NCBI GenBank assembly: GCA_963700635.1
Contig: CAVOYH010000001.1
Span: forward strand, 288,001 to 352,000
Direction: 5' to 3'
From: an uncultured Bacteroidota bacterium
GTDB lineage: Bacteria > Bacteroidota > Ignavibacteria > UBA10030 > UBA6906
DNA: 64,000 nt
Both the position numbers and the translations under genes were made by a program. Positions 48,318 through 58,033 of the stretch are shown here, in pieces. Under the pieces are notes generated by a model that had not been told where the DNA came from, did not search any database, and worked only from the letters and a program-made list of their open reading frames with translations. The first letter of the stretch is position 1. Each line of letters opens with the position of its first letter.

Positions 48318-49451
48318 TCAGATGCGGACAAAATGCTTGCCGGGGAGTTGACGGACAAGACCTTTGCACTCGAGTGCGAGGAGGTGCACCAGAGTTTCCG
48401 AGGCAGAAAGGGACGATAGTCCGGTGATTGCATCGATATGCACCGGTTCATCGGTGAGCACATCCGCGACCCGCTGTTCAAAAAGCGACAACGGCGGAGT
48501 CTCCGGCGGAGGTGGGGAAGGCAGGTCCCCGATAACACCACGCAGTTGGGGGTGGAGTTCGCCGAGGATGTCGTCAACGGTCTCGGTGAGGAGTGCATGG
48601 CCGTCGCGTAACAACCGGTTTGTGCCGCTCCGCGTGGTTGCATCGACCGGCGTCGGTATGGCAAAAACCTCCCGGTTCTGATCGAGGGCGTTGCGGGCGG
48701 TAATCATCGCACCACCTTCAGTGCCCGTTTCGATTACCAAAGTGCCAAGAGACATCCCGCTGACGACACGATTTCGCTGCGGGAAGTTCATTGCGTCAGG
48801 TTTTGTGCCCATGGGAAATTCCGAGAGAAGTGCCCCGTGCAGGACGATGCGTGCGGCAAGGGATCGATTCTCGGGCGGATAAAGCACATCGAGTCCCGAT
48901 CCGATAACGGCAATCGTACGACCTCCGGCATGGAGTGCCGCTTTATGTGCAACGGTGTCTATACCCCGGGCCAACCCGCTCACGACCGTGATACCACGGC
49001 CTGCCATTGCCGCCGCGAACCGCTCTGCAGTTCGAACACCATATGCGGAGGGCGTACGCGTCCCGACGACAGCAACTGCGGCGGCGTCCGGTGCGGTAAG
49101 TGAACCCCGGAAAAACAGGAATGGAGGCGGATCATAGATCTTCCGCAGGTGGGGGGGGTAGTCCGCTTTCCAGAGGCTCGTAAACCTGACGTCAGCCTTT
49201 TCCATTCTCACCAACTGATCATCCACGAACTTCAGTGCATCAGCAGGGACCCCGCTGCGAAAGAATCCGGTAATCGCCAGCGCGGTTTTCTGCTCGATGC
49301 CCTGGACCCTGATGAGATCGCGGGGGGAAGCATGTGTGATGGCGTTTGTGTTCCCAAAAAAATCGATGAGCGCCCGGAGGCGCGCCGGACCGACGCCGGG
49401 AATACGCGTGAGGAGGAGGAGGTCCCGCGCCGGCGCATGGTCTTCAGCCAT
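48318..49451 (-). CDS. dprA: DNA-processing protein DprA
   Basis: AVVGTR, VSGLARGID, FPQRNR, C-terminal winged helix. Confidence 0.95.
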   Translation of the reverse strand: MAEDHAPARDLLLLTRIPGVGPARLRALIDFFGNTNAITHASPRDLIRVQGIEQKTALAITGFFRSGVPADALKFVDDQLVRMEKADVRFTSLWKADYPPHLRKIYDPPPFLFFRGSLTAPDAAAVAVVGTRTPSAYGVRTAERFAAAMAGRGITVVSGLARGIDTVAHKAALHAGGRTIAVIGSGLDVLYPPENRSLAARIVLHGALLSEFPMGTKPDAMNFPQRNRVVSGMSLGTLVIETGTEGGAMITARNALDQNREVFAIPTPVDATTRSGTNRLLRDGHALLTETVDDILGELHPQLRGVIGDLPSPPPPETPPLSLFEQRVADVLTDEPVHIDAITGLSSLSASETLVHLLALECKGLVRQLPGKHFVRI

Positions 49452-49457
49452 ACGGCT

Positions 49458-50408
49458 TCACACGTCTCCGATGCGACGCAGGTATTCGCGGTACCAGGCG
49501 ACGGTCTTCCGGAGGCCATCAGCCGGCGTGGTGGCTGGATTGTAGGAGAGTATGCGTCGGGCCTTGGTGATGTCGGCCTTTGTTGCGATCTGATCTCCAG
49601 GACGGCGGGGAAACCTCTCAGCGATGACCGGACGGCCGATGATCGATTCCACAATCCCGATTCCCTCGCCCGTCGTGATCGACTGTTCACTGCCGATGTT
49701 GAATATTTCTCCCTGACACGCATCCCAGTGCTCTAGAACTGAAACGAGTCCGTCGACGATGTCGTCAATGTAGGTGTAGCTTCTCCTGTGCTGTTCGCTT
49801 CCCTCGAAGAGTGGCAGGGGGGTTCCCGACAGAAGCGAACGGATCAAACGCGGATAGAGTTTGTCCGGCCTCTCCCGGGGGCCATACACAGAAAATAGTC
49901 TGAGTGAACAAACCGGGAGCCCGCGATCGCGGCCGTAGGAGAGCACCAGCTGTTCTGCAGCAAGCTTTGTGACGCCGTAATATGACGTGGGCGGGGTTCA
50001 GATGATTCAGGCCCCGTGGCGGTGGAACCGTACACGGAGGAGGTGGCGATATTCACCAGCCGGGGCACGCGCCAAGCGCGCGATGCTTTCGAGGAGCCGG
50101 AATGTTCCCGTGAGATTGTTCCGGACGTACGATTCAAATGTGGAAGAAGCTGAGAGCCCCGGCTGGGCGGCGCAATGATAGATTACACCGGCGTGCGCGA
50201 GGACTTCATCAAGAGCTCCCTCCACAAGGTCCAGCCGGTGAATCGTGATTCCACGGGAGGTTAAGGCTGTGGCGTTGTCATTCTTTAGCCGGAGATCGTA
50301 ATACGGCGAAAAACAATCAATCCCCGTGACCGAGTGTCCCAGCACGGCGAGGCGCTCACACAGGTGAGACCCGATAAATCCGGCCGCACCAGTGACGACG
50401 ATGGTCAT
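49458..50408 (-). pseudogene. NAD-dependent epimerase/dehydratase (extended SDR) interrupted by two compensating frameshifts
   Basis: GAAGFIG N-terminus and YYGVTK/SVYGPRERPD C-terminus share a frame; ATSSVYG lies in another frame (about 50070-49990). Confidence 0.8.
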
Positions 50409-50434
50409 GGTGAAATTCCTCTCGCAAGACCCGT

Positions 50435-51813
50435 TTACGGGGCGGAGAGCCCCCGGATTTCGCCCTCAAAACGTGATACAAGATCACGGGCGGCTTCAGC
50501 CGTGCCCGCTTCGCCGATGATTCGGACGATCGGTTCGGTGTTGGATTTCCGTAAATGCACCCACGAATCGGGAAAGTCGATTTTGATCCCGTCATCGGTA
50601 TTGACTCGTCCGCTCCGGGCGTGGCGGGTTTTTATGATCTCCAGCACTTCATCGGGTGGAACACCTTTTAGCTCAATTTTTCCCTTGGCAATCGCATACT
50701 GGGGCAAGCCGGCCTTCAGCTGACTCAACGTTCCACCATCCTCGGCGAGCGCCTGGAGGATAAGCGCTATGCCCACAATCGCGTCCCGGCCATAATGCAA
50801 CCCGGGGAAGATCACACCCCCGCTTCCTTCGCCTCCCACGACGGCCCCCAGCGTCTTCATGGCTTTGGCCACATTAATTTCGCCGACCGGCGTGCGCACT
50901 GACTGCGCGCCCGAGCGTCGGGCAATATCATCAATCGCGCGTGTTGTAGAGAGATTGACGACCACCGTTGCGTCCTTCTTTTTCACGCTGCGGAGCACAA
51001 AATCAACAACCGTCGCAATCGTGTACTCTTCCCCGTAGGGTTCACCCTTTTCGTTGATCAGCACGAGCCGGTCGACATCGGGATCAACGGCAATCCCGAG
51101 GTCGGCGCGTTCCGAACGAACCCGGGTGGCCAGGCCGGTGAGATTCTCGGGTATCGGTTCGGGGGTGTGGCTGAAGATCCCTCCAACATCACAAGCCATT
51201 TCAACGACCTCACAGCCAAGTTCTCGCAGGAGCAGGGGAACGATAGCTCCCCCGGCGGCGTCAACACAGTCAACAACCACCCGAAAACGCCGTTTCCGGA
51301 TTACATCCCGCCGTACAAGTGGGAGATTCAAAACCATCGTCATGTGTTTCTGAATCCATGTCGTGTCATGTACGACCTTCCCGATGAGGTCCCAACTGAC
51401 AAAGGGGTGGGGTCTTTCGGCAAGAGCCCAGAACGCCGCATTTTCTTCTGGATCGAGGAAGAGTCCGGTGGAGGCCATAAACTTCATCCCATTCCATTGT
51501 ATGGGATTATGGCTTGCCGTGACACTGATCCCCCCGGCAGCGTGTTCATGTTCGACCGCGAGCTGCACGGTGGGTGTTGGACAAATGCCGATGTCCTGCA
51601 CGTGAACCCCGCTCATGGAGAGAGTCGAGATGATCAGGTCGGCAATTGCCCCCCTGTGATGCGTCCGTCCCGACCCACCACGACTCTGGGTACTCCGGGC
51701 TGATCCTTCCGGCAATAGGCACCGAATGCCGCGACGTAGCGCATGATGACCTCGGGGGTCAAACTTTCTCCGACTATCCCCCTGATCCCTGATATACTTA
51801 CCATCAAAGCCAT
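50435..51813 (-). pseudogene. glmM: Phosphoglucosamine mutase / phosphohexomutase with a frameshift in a G6 run (probably an assembly error)
   Basis: MVSISGIRG...GRDGRITG in one frame; TASHNP, DPDVDR, GEGSGG in the other; the switch is at 51649-51654. Confidence 0.8.
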
Positions 51814-51849
51814 ACTTTTCCGTCTTCCGTGGCTGTTTTTCCGCTGAAG

Positions 51850-51914
51850 AATGTAGTTAAGCACCTTTTGAGAAGCAAGGTTACCTTGAAACTCTCTGCC
51901 GATTTGATTACGTT
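51850..51914. promoter_or_regulatory. Divergent sigma70 promoters (glmM / amrA)
   Basis: Minus TTGCTT-N17-TACATT; plus TTGAAA-N17-TACGTT. Confidence 0.5.
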
Positions 51915-51942
51915 TACACGACATTCGAGGAGAGTCTGGAGT

Positions 51943-52527
51943 ATGTTTACGCCGGCCGAACGACGGGCGTTGACGACCCTGGCCCGGCGCGCCATCTGCG
52001 ACGAGATGCACAGCCGCCATCCGGCGTTTGTGCACTCCCCGGGAACGGGCGAGGGAGACGCCGGTGCCACCGGAGATCGCCTGAATGGTCCCGGCGCGGC
52101 CTTCGTAACGCTGCATCTGGGCGGGGAACTCAGGGGGTGTATTGGCTATATTGAATATCCGGGCCTGCTTCGAAGTGCGGTCGATGAAGTTGCACGAAAG
52201 GCGGCGTTTGAAGATCCGCGGTTCCCCCCTCTGACGCCGGATGAAATCGGGCTGGTGGAGATCCAGATCTCCGTCCTTTCTCCGCTCAGGCGAATTCAGG
52301 GATCCGAAGAGATTCAGATCGGAATCGATGGCCTTGTGGTGGAGCTGGGGAGGCGCCGTGGGTTGCTGCTTCCGCAGGTGGCAACACAATATTGCTGGTC
52401 AGCGGAGGAGTTTCTGGAGAACACCGCACGAAAAGCCGGCCTTCCCCCCGATGCGTGGCGGGATGCGAAAGCAGAAATCTATGCGTTCTCCGCCGAGGTC
52501 TTTTCAGAGGAGTCAGAACAGGTGTGA
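51943..52527 (+). CDS. amrA: AmmeMemoRadiSam system protein A (AMMECR1 family)
   Basis: FVTL..LRGCIG, AAFEDPRF, EIQISVLS, LLLPQVA. Confidence 0.92.
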   Translation: MFTPAERRALTTLARRAICDEMHSRHPAFVHSPGTGEGDAGATGDRLNGPGAAFVTLHLGGELRGCIGYIEYPGLLRSAVDEVARKAAFEDPRFPPLTPDEIGLVEIQISVLSPLRRIQGSEEIQIGIDGLVVELGRRRGLLLPQVATQYCWSAEEFLENTARKAGLPPDAWRDAKAEIYAFSAEVFSEESEQV

Positions 52528-53372
52528 CCGGTAAGACCAGCACCATACGAAGGCCAACGGTGGCGGGGATGTTTTATCCAGCTTCCCCCTCAATACTTGA
52601 ACGCGACGTGCGGGATATGATTTCCGCCTCACCAAGACTCGTAGAGGCGGACTCCATTGTGGGCATCATTGCGCCGCATGCGGGATACCTCTATTCAGGG
52701 AAAACTGCAGCACGGGCATACGCCCAGCTTGCCGGGAACCGGCGTAATGTTGTTGTGGTCGTCTCTCCGAGCCACCGAGACTATTTTGATGGCATCAGCG
52801 TGTATCCCGGTGATGCCTATGCCACCCCGCTCGGCGAGGTTCCGGTCGATGTGGAATTGAGGAGCCGGCTCGTGAAGGAGTCGTCTGTGATCATGTCCAC
52901 TGCAGGTCATGGCGAGGAGCACGCGCTGGAGGTCCAGCTTCCGTTTCTTCAATACGTTCTCGGGTCTTTCACGTTACTCCCGCTGGTTATCGGAAATCAA
53001 TCGCGGGAACAGTGTTTTGCCCTTGGAGAGATCCTCGCGCGTCTGGTGGAAGGGAAAAGTGTGCTGCTCGTTGCGAGCACGGATCTCTCACATTTCCATC
53101 CGGCCAGTGCCGGAACACGCCTGGATGCAGTCGTTGTCCGGGATCTGGAGATGTTTGATGCCGAGATGCTGATGAGTGACCTGGAAGCCGGTCGGGCCGA
53201 GGCATGCGGTGGCGGACCCGCGGTTGCAGTAATGGTTGCATGCCGTCTGCTGGGCGCCCGGACAATTCGCGTGTTACACCGTGCACATTCAGGTGAGATT
53301 ACGGGCGATAACGAAAGTGTCGTCGGGTATCTGACCGCTGTTATTCAACTTCCTGTGGCTGATGCCCAATGA
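52524..53372 (+). CDS. amrB: AmmeMemoRadiSam system protein B (Memo family)
   Basis: VAGMFYP, PHAGYLYSG, EHALEVQLPFLQ, STDLSH, ACG; GTGA overlap. Confidence 0.92.
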   Translation: MTGKTSTIRRPTVAGMFYPASPSILERDVRDMISASPRLVEADSIVGIIAPHAGYLYSGKTAARAYAQLAGNRRNVVVVVSPSHRDYFDGISVYPGDAYATPLGEVPVDVELRSRLVKESSVIMSTAGHGEEHALEVQLPFLQYVLGSFTLLPLVIGNQSREQCFALGEILARLVEGKSVLLVASTDLSHFHPASAGTRLDAVVVRDLEMFDAEMLMSDLEAGRAEACGGGPAVAVMVACRLLGARTIRVLHRAHSGEITGDNESVVGYLTAVIQLPVADAQ

Positions 53373-54295
53373 AAAAAACCATCTGGCGTGCCGCGGTGAT
53401 AGGGGCGGGAAACGTAGGCACGACGTTAGGAAGAATCCTGGTGGAGGAAGGTCACCACGTCGAGTGCGTACTCTCACGCACGCTCACGTCGGCACGGGCA
53501 GCAGGAAAATTCATAGGATGCCGGACGGTCTCCACCGACCTCACCACACTCCCCCCTCGCGTGAATTTGATCATCATTGCCACTCCGCACAGCGCCGTTC
53601 TGGATGTTGCCAGGAGTCTGTCCCGGCTGGACCGGTCGTTCCGGGGTGTGGCGGTCTGTCATGCCAGCGGAATGCTGACCGCCGCGGCGCTTGACCCATT
53701 AAAGAGCAGGGGTGCCACGGTGTTCTCGTTTCATCCCCTGCAGACATTCCCGCGGACGTTTTCCCCGAAAGCCGTTCTGCCGAATGTACGCAACATCTAT
53801 TATGGCGTTGACGGTCCGGTCGCAGGCCTGAAAGCGGCACGATCCCTGGCCCGCGCCCTCCGGGGACATGTGTTTCTTGTTCCGCCCGAAATGCGCGAGT
53901 TGTACCACGCGGCGTGTGTGATGGCTTCAAATCATCTCACAACGCTCCTGGGGGTTCTGGAAGCCATGTACCGGCGGCTCGATCCTCACGGGAACGATGC
54001 GCTTCGTATCTTTTATCCCATCATCATGGCGACGATATCCAACATCCGCGCCAGCTCAGCGGAGGAAGCACTCACCGGACCAATTGCGCGGGGTGGAGTG
54101 GAAACCGTTGCACGCCACATGGACGCACTCGTCCGGTTTGCCCCAGAAGCTTTGCCGTTATACGTTACCATGTCCGCGGAGACCGTCCGATGGGCGGCCG
54201 CACAGGGAATCCTTTCCGAAACACAGCAGAACGATCTGCATCAGCTACTGAAAAGCCACACAACCACCGAAGGGCAACCGCAGGGACCATCATGA
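53369..54295 (+). CDS. Rossmann-like + DUF2520 protein (PanG-like ketopantoate reductase)
   Basis: GAGNVG, HASG, HPLQTF, YHAACVMASN, LTGPIARG. Confidence 0.85.
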   Translation: MKKTIWRAAVIGAGNVGTTLGRILVEEGHHVECVLSRTLTSARAAGKFIGCRTVSTDLTTLPPRVNLIIIATPHSAVLDVARSLSRLDRSFRGVAVCHASGMLTAAALDPLKSRGATVFSFHPLQTFPRTFSPKAVLPNVRNIYYGVDGPVAGLKAARSLARALRGHVFLVPPEMRELYHAACVMASNHLTTLLGVLEAMYRRLDPHGNDALRIFYPIIMATISNIRASSAEEALTGPIARGGVETVARHMDALVRFAPEALPLYVTMSAETVRWAAAQGILSETQQNDLHQLLKSHTTTEGQPQGPS

Positions 54296-55356
54296 AAGCA
54301 CTTATCGCGAGCGGGGGCAGGGGAACACGACTGCGCCCGATTACGCATACCCAAAATAAGCATCTTATCCCGATAGCCAACAAACCCATCCTGCACTATG
54401 CGATCGAAGCCGCCGTGCAGGCGGGCATCACGGAAGTGGGCGTGGTGATCAATGCCGACAGTGATGAAGTCCCCCGTGCGATAGGCGACGGATCACGATG
54501 GGGAATCCACATTGTGTATATCCCGCAGCTGACGCCGGGGGGGCTGGCACAGGTGGTTGCGCTTGCGGAGGACTTTGTGGGAAAGGACAAGTTCATCTTT
54601 TATCTTGGCGACAATATGGTGGTCGGCGGCGTCAGGAAGTTTATCGATGACTTCGAAAAGAGCGACAGCAATTGCTTCCTGACGCTCGCAAAGGTGAAGG
54701 ATCCAGAACGATTTGGCGTACCAGAGATCCGTGACGGCCGGATCGTGGGGGTCCAGGAGAAACCAAAACATCCGAAAAGCTCGTATGCGGTGGCAGGGAT
54801 CTACCTGTACGACCGGCATATCTTTGAGGCCGTCAAGGCCATCAAACCGAGCGATCGGGGTGAACTCGAGATCTCCGATGCGCATCAGTATCTCATCGAC
54901 AACGGTTTCCGTGTCGGGTATACGGAGATCACCGGATGGTGGAAAGATACGGGGAAACCAACGGATCTTCTGGAGGCCAACCGGCTTGTGCTGGACAATA
55001 TCAGCCCGGCGAACGAGGGTACGGTTGACGACCGCTCCACGATTTCGGGCAAAGTAATCATTCAAAAAGGTGCACGCATCATCAACAGCGTGGTGCGTGG
55101 CCCGGCGATCATCGGCGAAGAGTGTGTCATAGAGGATTCGTATGTCGGCCCCTTCTCGTCCATCGGAAGCCATACCATCGTGCGGAAGAGCGAGATAGAA
55201 TACAGCATCATTCTCCGGGAGTGCAGGATCCTGAATGTCGGAATCCGGCTGGAAGGTAGTATTCTCGGAAACGACGTGGAAATTGTTGAAGCGAGCGGAA
55301 AACCACTTGTGCACCGATTTATGATCGGCGATCAGAGCCGGGTGGAAGTTGTGTGA
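54292..55356 (+). CDS. Glucose-1-phosphate thymidylyltransferase, long form
   Basis: GGRGTRLRPIT, KHLIPIANKP, YLGDN, RGELEISDA, WWKDTG, C-terminal hexapeptide region. Confidence 0.9.
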   Translation: MKALIASGGRGTRLRPITHTQNKHLIPIANKPILHYAIEAAVQAGITEVGVVINADSDEVPRAIGDGSRWGIHIVYIPQLTPGGLAQVVALAEDFVGKDKFIFYLGDNMVVGGVRKFIDDFEKSDSNCFLTLAKVKDPERFGVPEIRDGRIVGVQEKPKHPKSSYAVAGIYLYDRHIFEAVKAIKPSDRGELEISDAHQYLIDNGFRVGYTEITGWWKDTGKPTDLLEANRLVLDNISPANEGTVDDRSTISGKVIIQKGARIINSVVRGPAIIGEECVIEDSYVGPFSSIGSHTIVRKSEIEYSIILRECRILNVGIRLEGSILGNDVEIVEASGKPLVHRFMIGDQSRVEVV

Positions 55357-55404
55357 CCGAATACTCCCGAACATGATACCAATTGAACCGAGAAAAAGGG
55401 GAGG

Positions 55405-56196
55405 GTGGAAACTATGAAACTGCAGACATTACTCGTGGAGATCAAGGAGGGAGTGGCCTTTGTGACCATCAACCGGCCGGACAAGCTGAATGCCCTGAAT
55501 GCCGCCGCAAAGCGGGAACTGCAGGACGTGATGCGCACTCTGCGTGATGATCCTGCGGTGGCCGTCGTGGTGCTCACCGGGGCAGGCGAAAAGGCCTTTG
55601 TGGCGGGCACGGACATCGAAGAACTCACCTCGCTCGGGACAGCTACGGGCGAAGAATTCTCGCGCGAGGGACAGAAAGTTTTTGATCTCATTGAATCACT
55701 GGGGAAACCCGTCATTGCCGCGGTGAACGGATACGCCCTCGGGGGGGGATGTGAACTGGCCATGGCCTGTACGCTCCGTATTGCTTCCGAACGCGCCAAA
55801 TTCGGACAGCCCGAGGTCAACCTTGGCGTTATCCCGGGATATGGAGGTACACAGAGGCTTCCCCGGCTTATCGGGAAGGGGAAAGCTCTTGAGATGATTC
55901 TTACGGGCGCTCCCATCGGGGCGGATGAAGCGTTGCGTCTCGGTCTTGTCAACAGTGTAGTTCCCGCCGGGGAACTACTTCATGCCGCGGATACCCTTGC
56001 ACGCACGATTGCGGCAAAAAGCCGTCCGGCTGTCAGGTTGGCCCTGGACGCGGTCCAGAATTCCGCGGAACATTCACTCCGTGACGGACAGGCGAAAGAG
56101 GCCGCGCTTTTCGGCGAAGCGTGTGGGACGGAAGACTTCCGCGAAGGAACCAGAGCGTTTCTTGAGAAGCGGCCTCCGGCATTCCGCTCGTTATGA
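55405..56196 (+). CDS. Enoyl-CoA hydratase/crotonase
   Basis: INRPDKLNAL, GYALGGGCELAM, FGQPEV. Confidence 0.92.
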   Translation: METMKLQTLLVEIKEGVAFVTINRPDKLNALNAAAKRELQDVMRTLRDDPAVAVVVLTGAGEKAFVAGTDIEELTSLGTATGEEFSREGQKVFDLIESLGKPVIAAVNGYALGGGCELAMACTLRIASERAKFGQPEVNLGVIPGYGGTQRLPRLIGKGKALEMILTGAPIGADEALRLGLVNSVVPAGELLHAADTLARTIAAKSRPAVRLALDAVQNSAEHSLRDGQAKEAALFGEACGTEDFREGTRAFLEKRPPAFRSL

Positions 56197-56657
56197 ACAG
56201 GATACGATCGTCACACTCGCTGCGAAGACGTCTCTACTTTCTAGCTGCTCTGGGCCTGACGGTTCTCCTCCTTGTCGGGTTGGCTTCTCTGGTTGAAAAG
56301 ACGCCAGCCGTTCCGGATCCGGGTTCCGGTCCGAAAGAGGAGAAGCGGGTGGCGGCTACAGGCTCAATCGAGCAACACATCTACGCTGTGTGTGCAGAGT
56401 TTGGCATCTCACAGAAGTTCATCCGGTCCCGCAAAGTCAGGAACCAGGCCGGACGCGTCCTCCGGATGGAACGCCGCATTACGGTTCCCCGTGATTTCTC
56501 GTCATACGAATTTAACAGCGCCCTGAACCGCCGGGTTGACCTCCTGGGTGCTCGTGTGATGGGCACCGAACATTCCCGCAATCACACTGTAACGTTGCAG
56601 GTGATCCAGGGCGACAGCACGCTTGAAACGGTAATCTTGGAAATACGACAACAATAG
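56193..56657 (+). CDS. Hypothetical single-TM protein
   Basis: 154 aa, N-terminal anchor, ATGA overlap with the crotonase. Confidence 0.7.
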   Translation: MNRIRSSHSLRRRLYFLAALGLTVLLLVGLASLVEKTPAVPDPGSGPKEEKRVAATGSIEQHIYAVCAEFGISQKFIRSRKVRNQAGRVLRMERRITVPRDFSSYEFNSALNRRVDLLGARVMGTEHSRNHTVTLQVIQGDSTLETVILEIRQQ

Positions 56658-56694
56658 ACAGCACGGAAGGAGTACTACCATTAGCACGGACCTT

Positions 56695-58023
56695 ATGGAA
56701 AAACTTGTCTCGCTTTCAAAGCGACGAGGGTTTGTATTTCAATCAAGCGAGATCTACGGCGGATTAAACGGGTGCTGGGACTATGGTCCTCTCGGCGTTG
56801 AACTCCTTCGCAACATCAAGGAGCAATGGTGGCAGTCCATGACCTACCGGGAGGATGTCGAGGGGCTGGATGCATCCATTCTGATGCACCCGAAGGTGTG
56901 GGAGGCTTCCGGGCATGTTGAGAACTTTACCGACCCCATGGTGGACTGCCGCGAATGTAAGGCCCGTTTTCGGGCCGACCAGATTGAAGACGCCATGTGC
57001 GGAAGCCCCGCATACAAAGGTCGGAAGGCTTCCAAATGCCAGGCGGAGGGAAAATTTACCGAGGCACGGCAGTTTAATCTGATGTTCAAGACCTTTGTCG
57101 GACCGGTCGAAGATGCCGGTGCGGTGGTGTATCTGAGGCCTGAAACCGCGCAGGGGATCTTTGTGAATTTCTTGAACGTCCAGACCGCGTCACGCCAGAA
57201 AGTACCTTTTGGAATCGCCCAGGTCGGCAAAGCTTTTCGAAACGAGATTAACACAAAGAACTTTCTCTTCCGGACGCGTGAATTTGAGCAGATGGAGATG
57301 CAGTTCTTCGTCAAGCCGGGTGCCGACGTCGAATGGTTCAATTACTGGAAGGAGGAGCGGATCGCGTGGTTCCGGGGGCTGGGCATGCGTGAGGATCTCC
57401 TCCGGTTCCACCAGCACGAGCCGGACAAACTCGCGCACTATGCAAAAGATGCATACGACATCGAGTACAAGTTCCCATTCGGTTGGGGGGAGATAGAGGG
57501 AATTCATAACCGTACGGACTACGACCTTTCACGGCATGAGCAGTTCTCGGGGAAGGCCATGAAGTATTTTGAAGAGCAGGGGAAAGAGAAATTTACTCCG
57601 TTTATCATCGAGACATCTGCAGGAGCAAGCCGTTCCTTCATGGCTTTTCTGGTGGATGCGTACCGTGAAGAGGAAGCACCGACAGCTGACGGCAAGACGG
57701 AGACGCGCGTGGTCATGAAGTTCCATCCCAAGCTCGCCCCGCTCAAGGCAGCCATCTTTCCTCTTGTCAATCGCGACGGGATGCCCGAGATTGCAAAGAA
57801 GATCGAAATGGATCTGCGTCCGCATTTCCGGGTATTCTATGATGACAGCGGAGCGGTTGGCCGGCGTTACAGACGCCAGGATGAGGTCGGAACACCATTC
57901 TGCTTCACTGTCGATTCGCAAACACTCACGGATCAGACGGTCACAGTCCGGGAGCGCGACTCCATGCGCCAGGAACGTCTGGCGATACCCGCACTGCTTC
58001 CATATTTGCGTGAAAGGCTCTGA
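56695..58023 (+). CDS. glyQS: Glycine--tRNA ligase, single-chain (alpha2) type; may start at ATT 56680
   Basis: KRRGFVF, DYGPLG, YLRPETAQGIF, FRTREFEQME, anticodon domain GRRYRRQDE. Confidence 0.96.
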   Translation: MEKLVSLSKRRGFVFQSSEIYGGLNGCWDYGPLGVELLRNIKEQWWQSMTYREDVEGLDASILMHPKVWEASGHVENFTDPMVDCRECKARFRADQIEDAMCGSPAYKGRKASKCQAEGKFTEARQFNLMFKTFVGPVEDAGAVVYLRPETAQGIFVNFLNVQTASRQKVPFGIAQVGKAFRNEINTKNFLFRTREFEQMEMQFFVKPGADVEWFNYWKEERIAWFRGLGMREDLLRFHQHEPDKLAHYAKDAYDIEYKFPFGWGEIEGIHNRTDYDLSRHEQFSGKAMKYFEEQGKEKFTPFIIETSAGASRSFMAFLVDAYREEEAPTADGKTETRVVMKFHPKLAPLKAAIFPLVNRDGMPEIAKKIEMDLRPHFRVFYDDSGAVGRRYRRQDEVGTPFCFTVDSQTLTDQTVTVRERDSMRQERLAIPALLPYLRERL

Positions 58024-58033
58024 CGGGTGCTTT

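Noticed and set aside
49998-50009. Two in-frame TGA codons in the epimerase read as selenocysteine or readthrough
   Set aside because: The conserved SSVYG motif is in a different frame, so indels explain them, not recoding.
56681-56707. TTAGCAC half-CIRCE before glyQS
   Set aside because: No matching right arm at 9-nt spacing.
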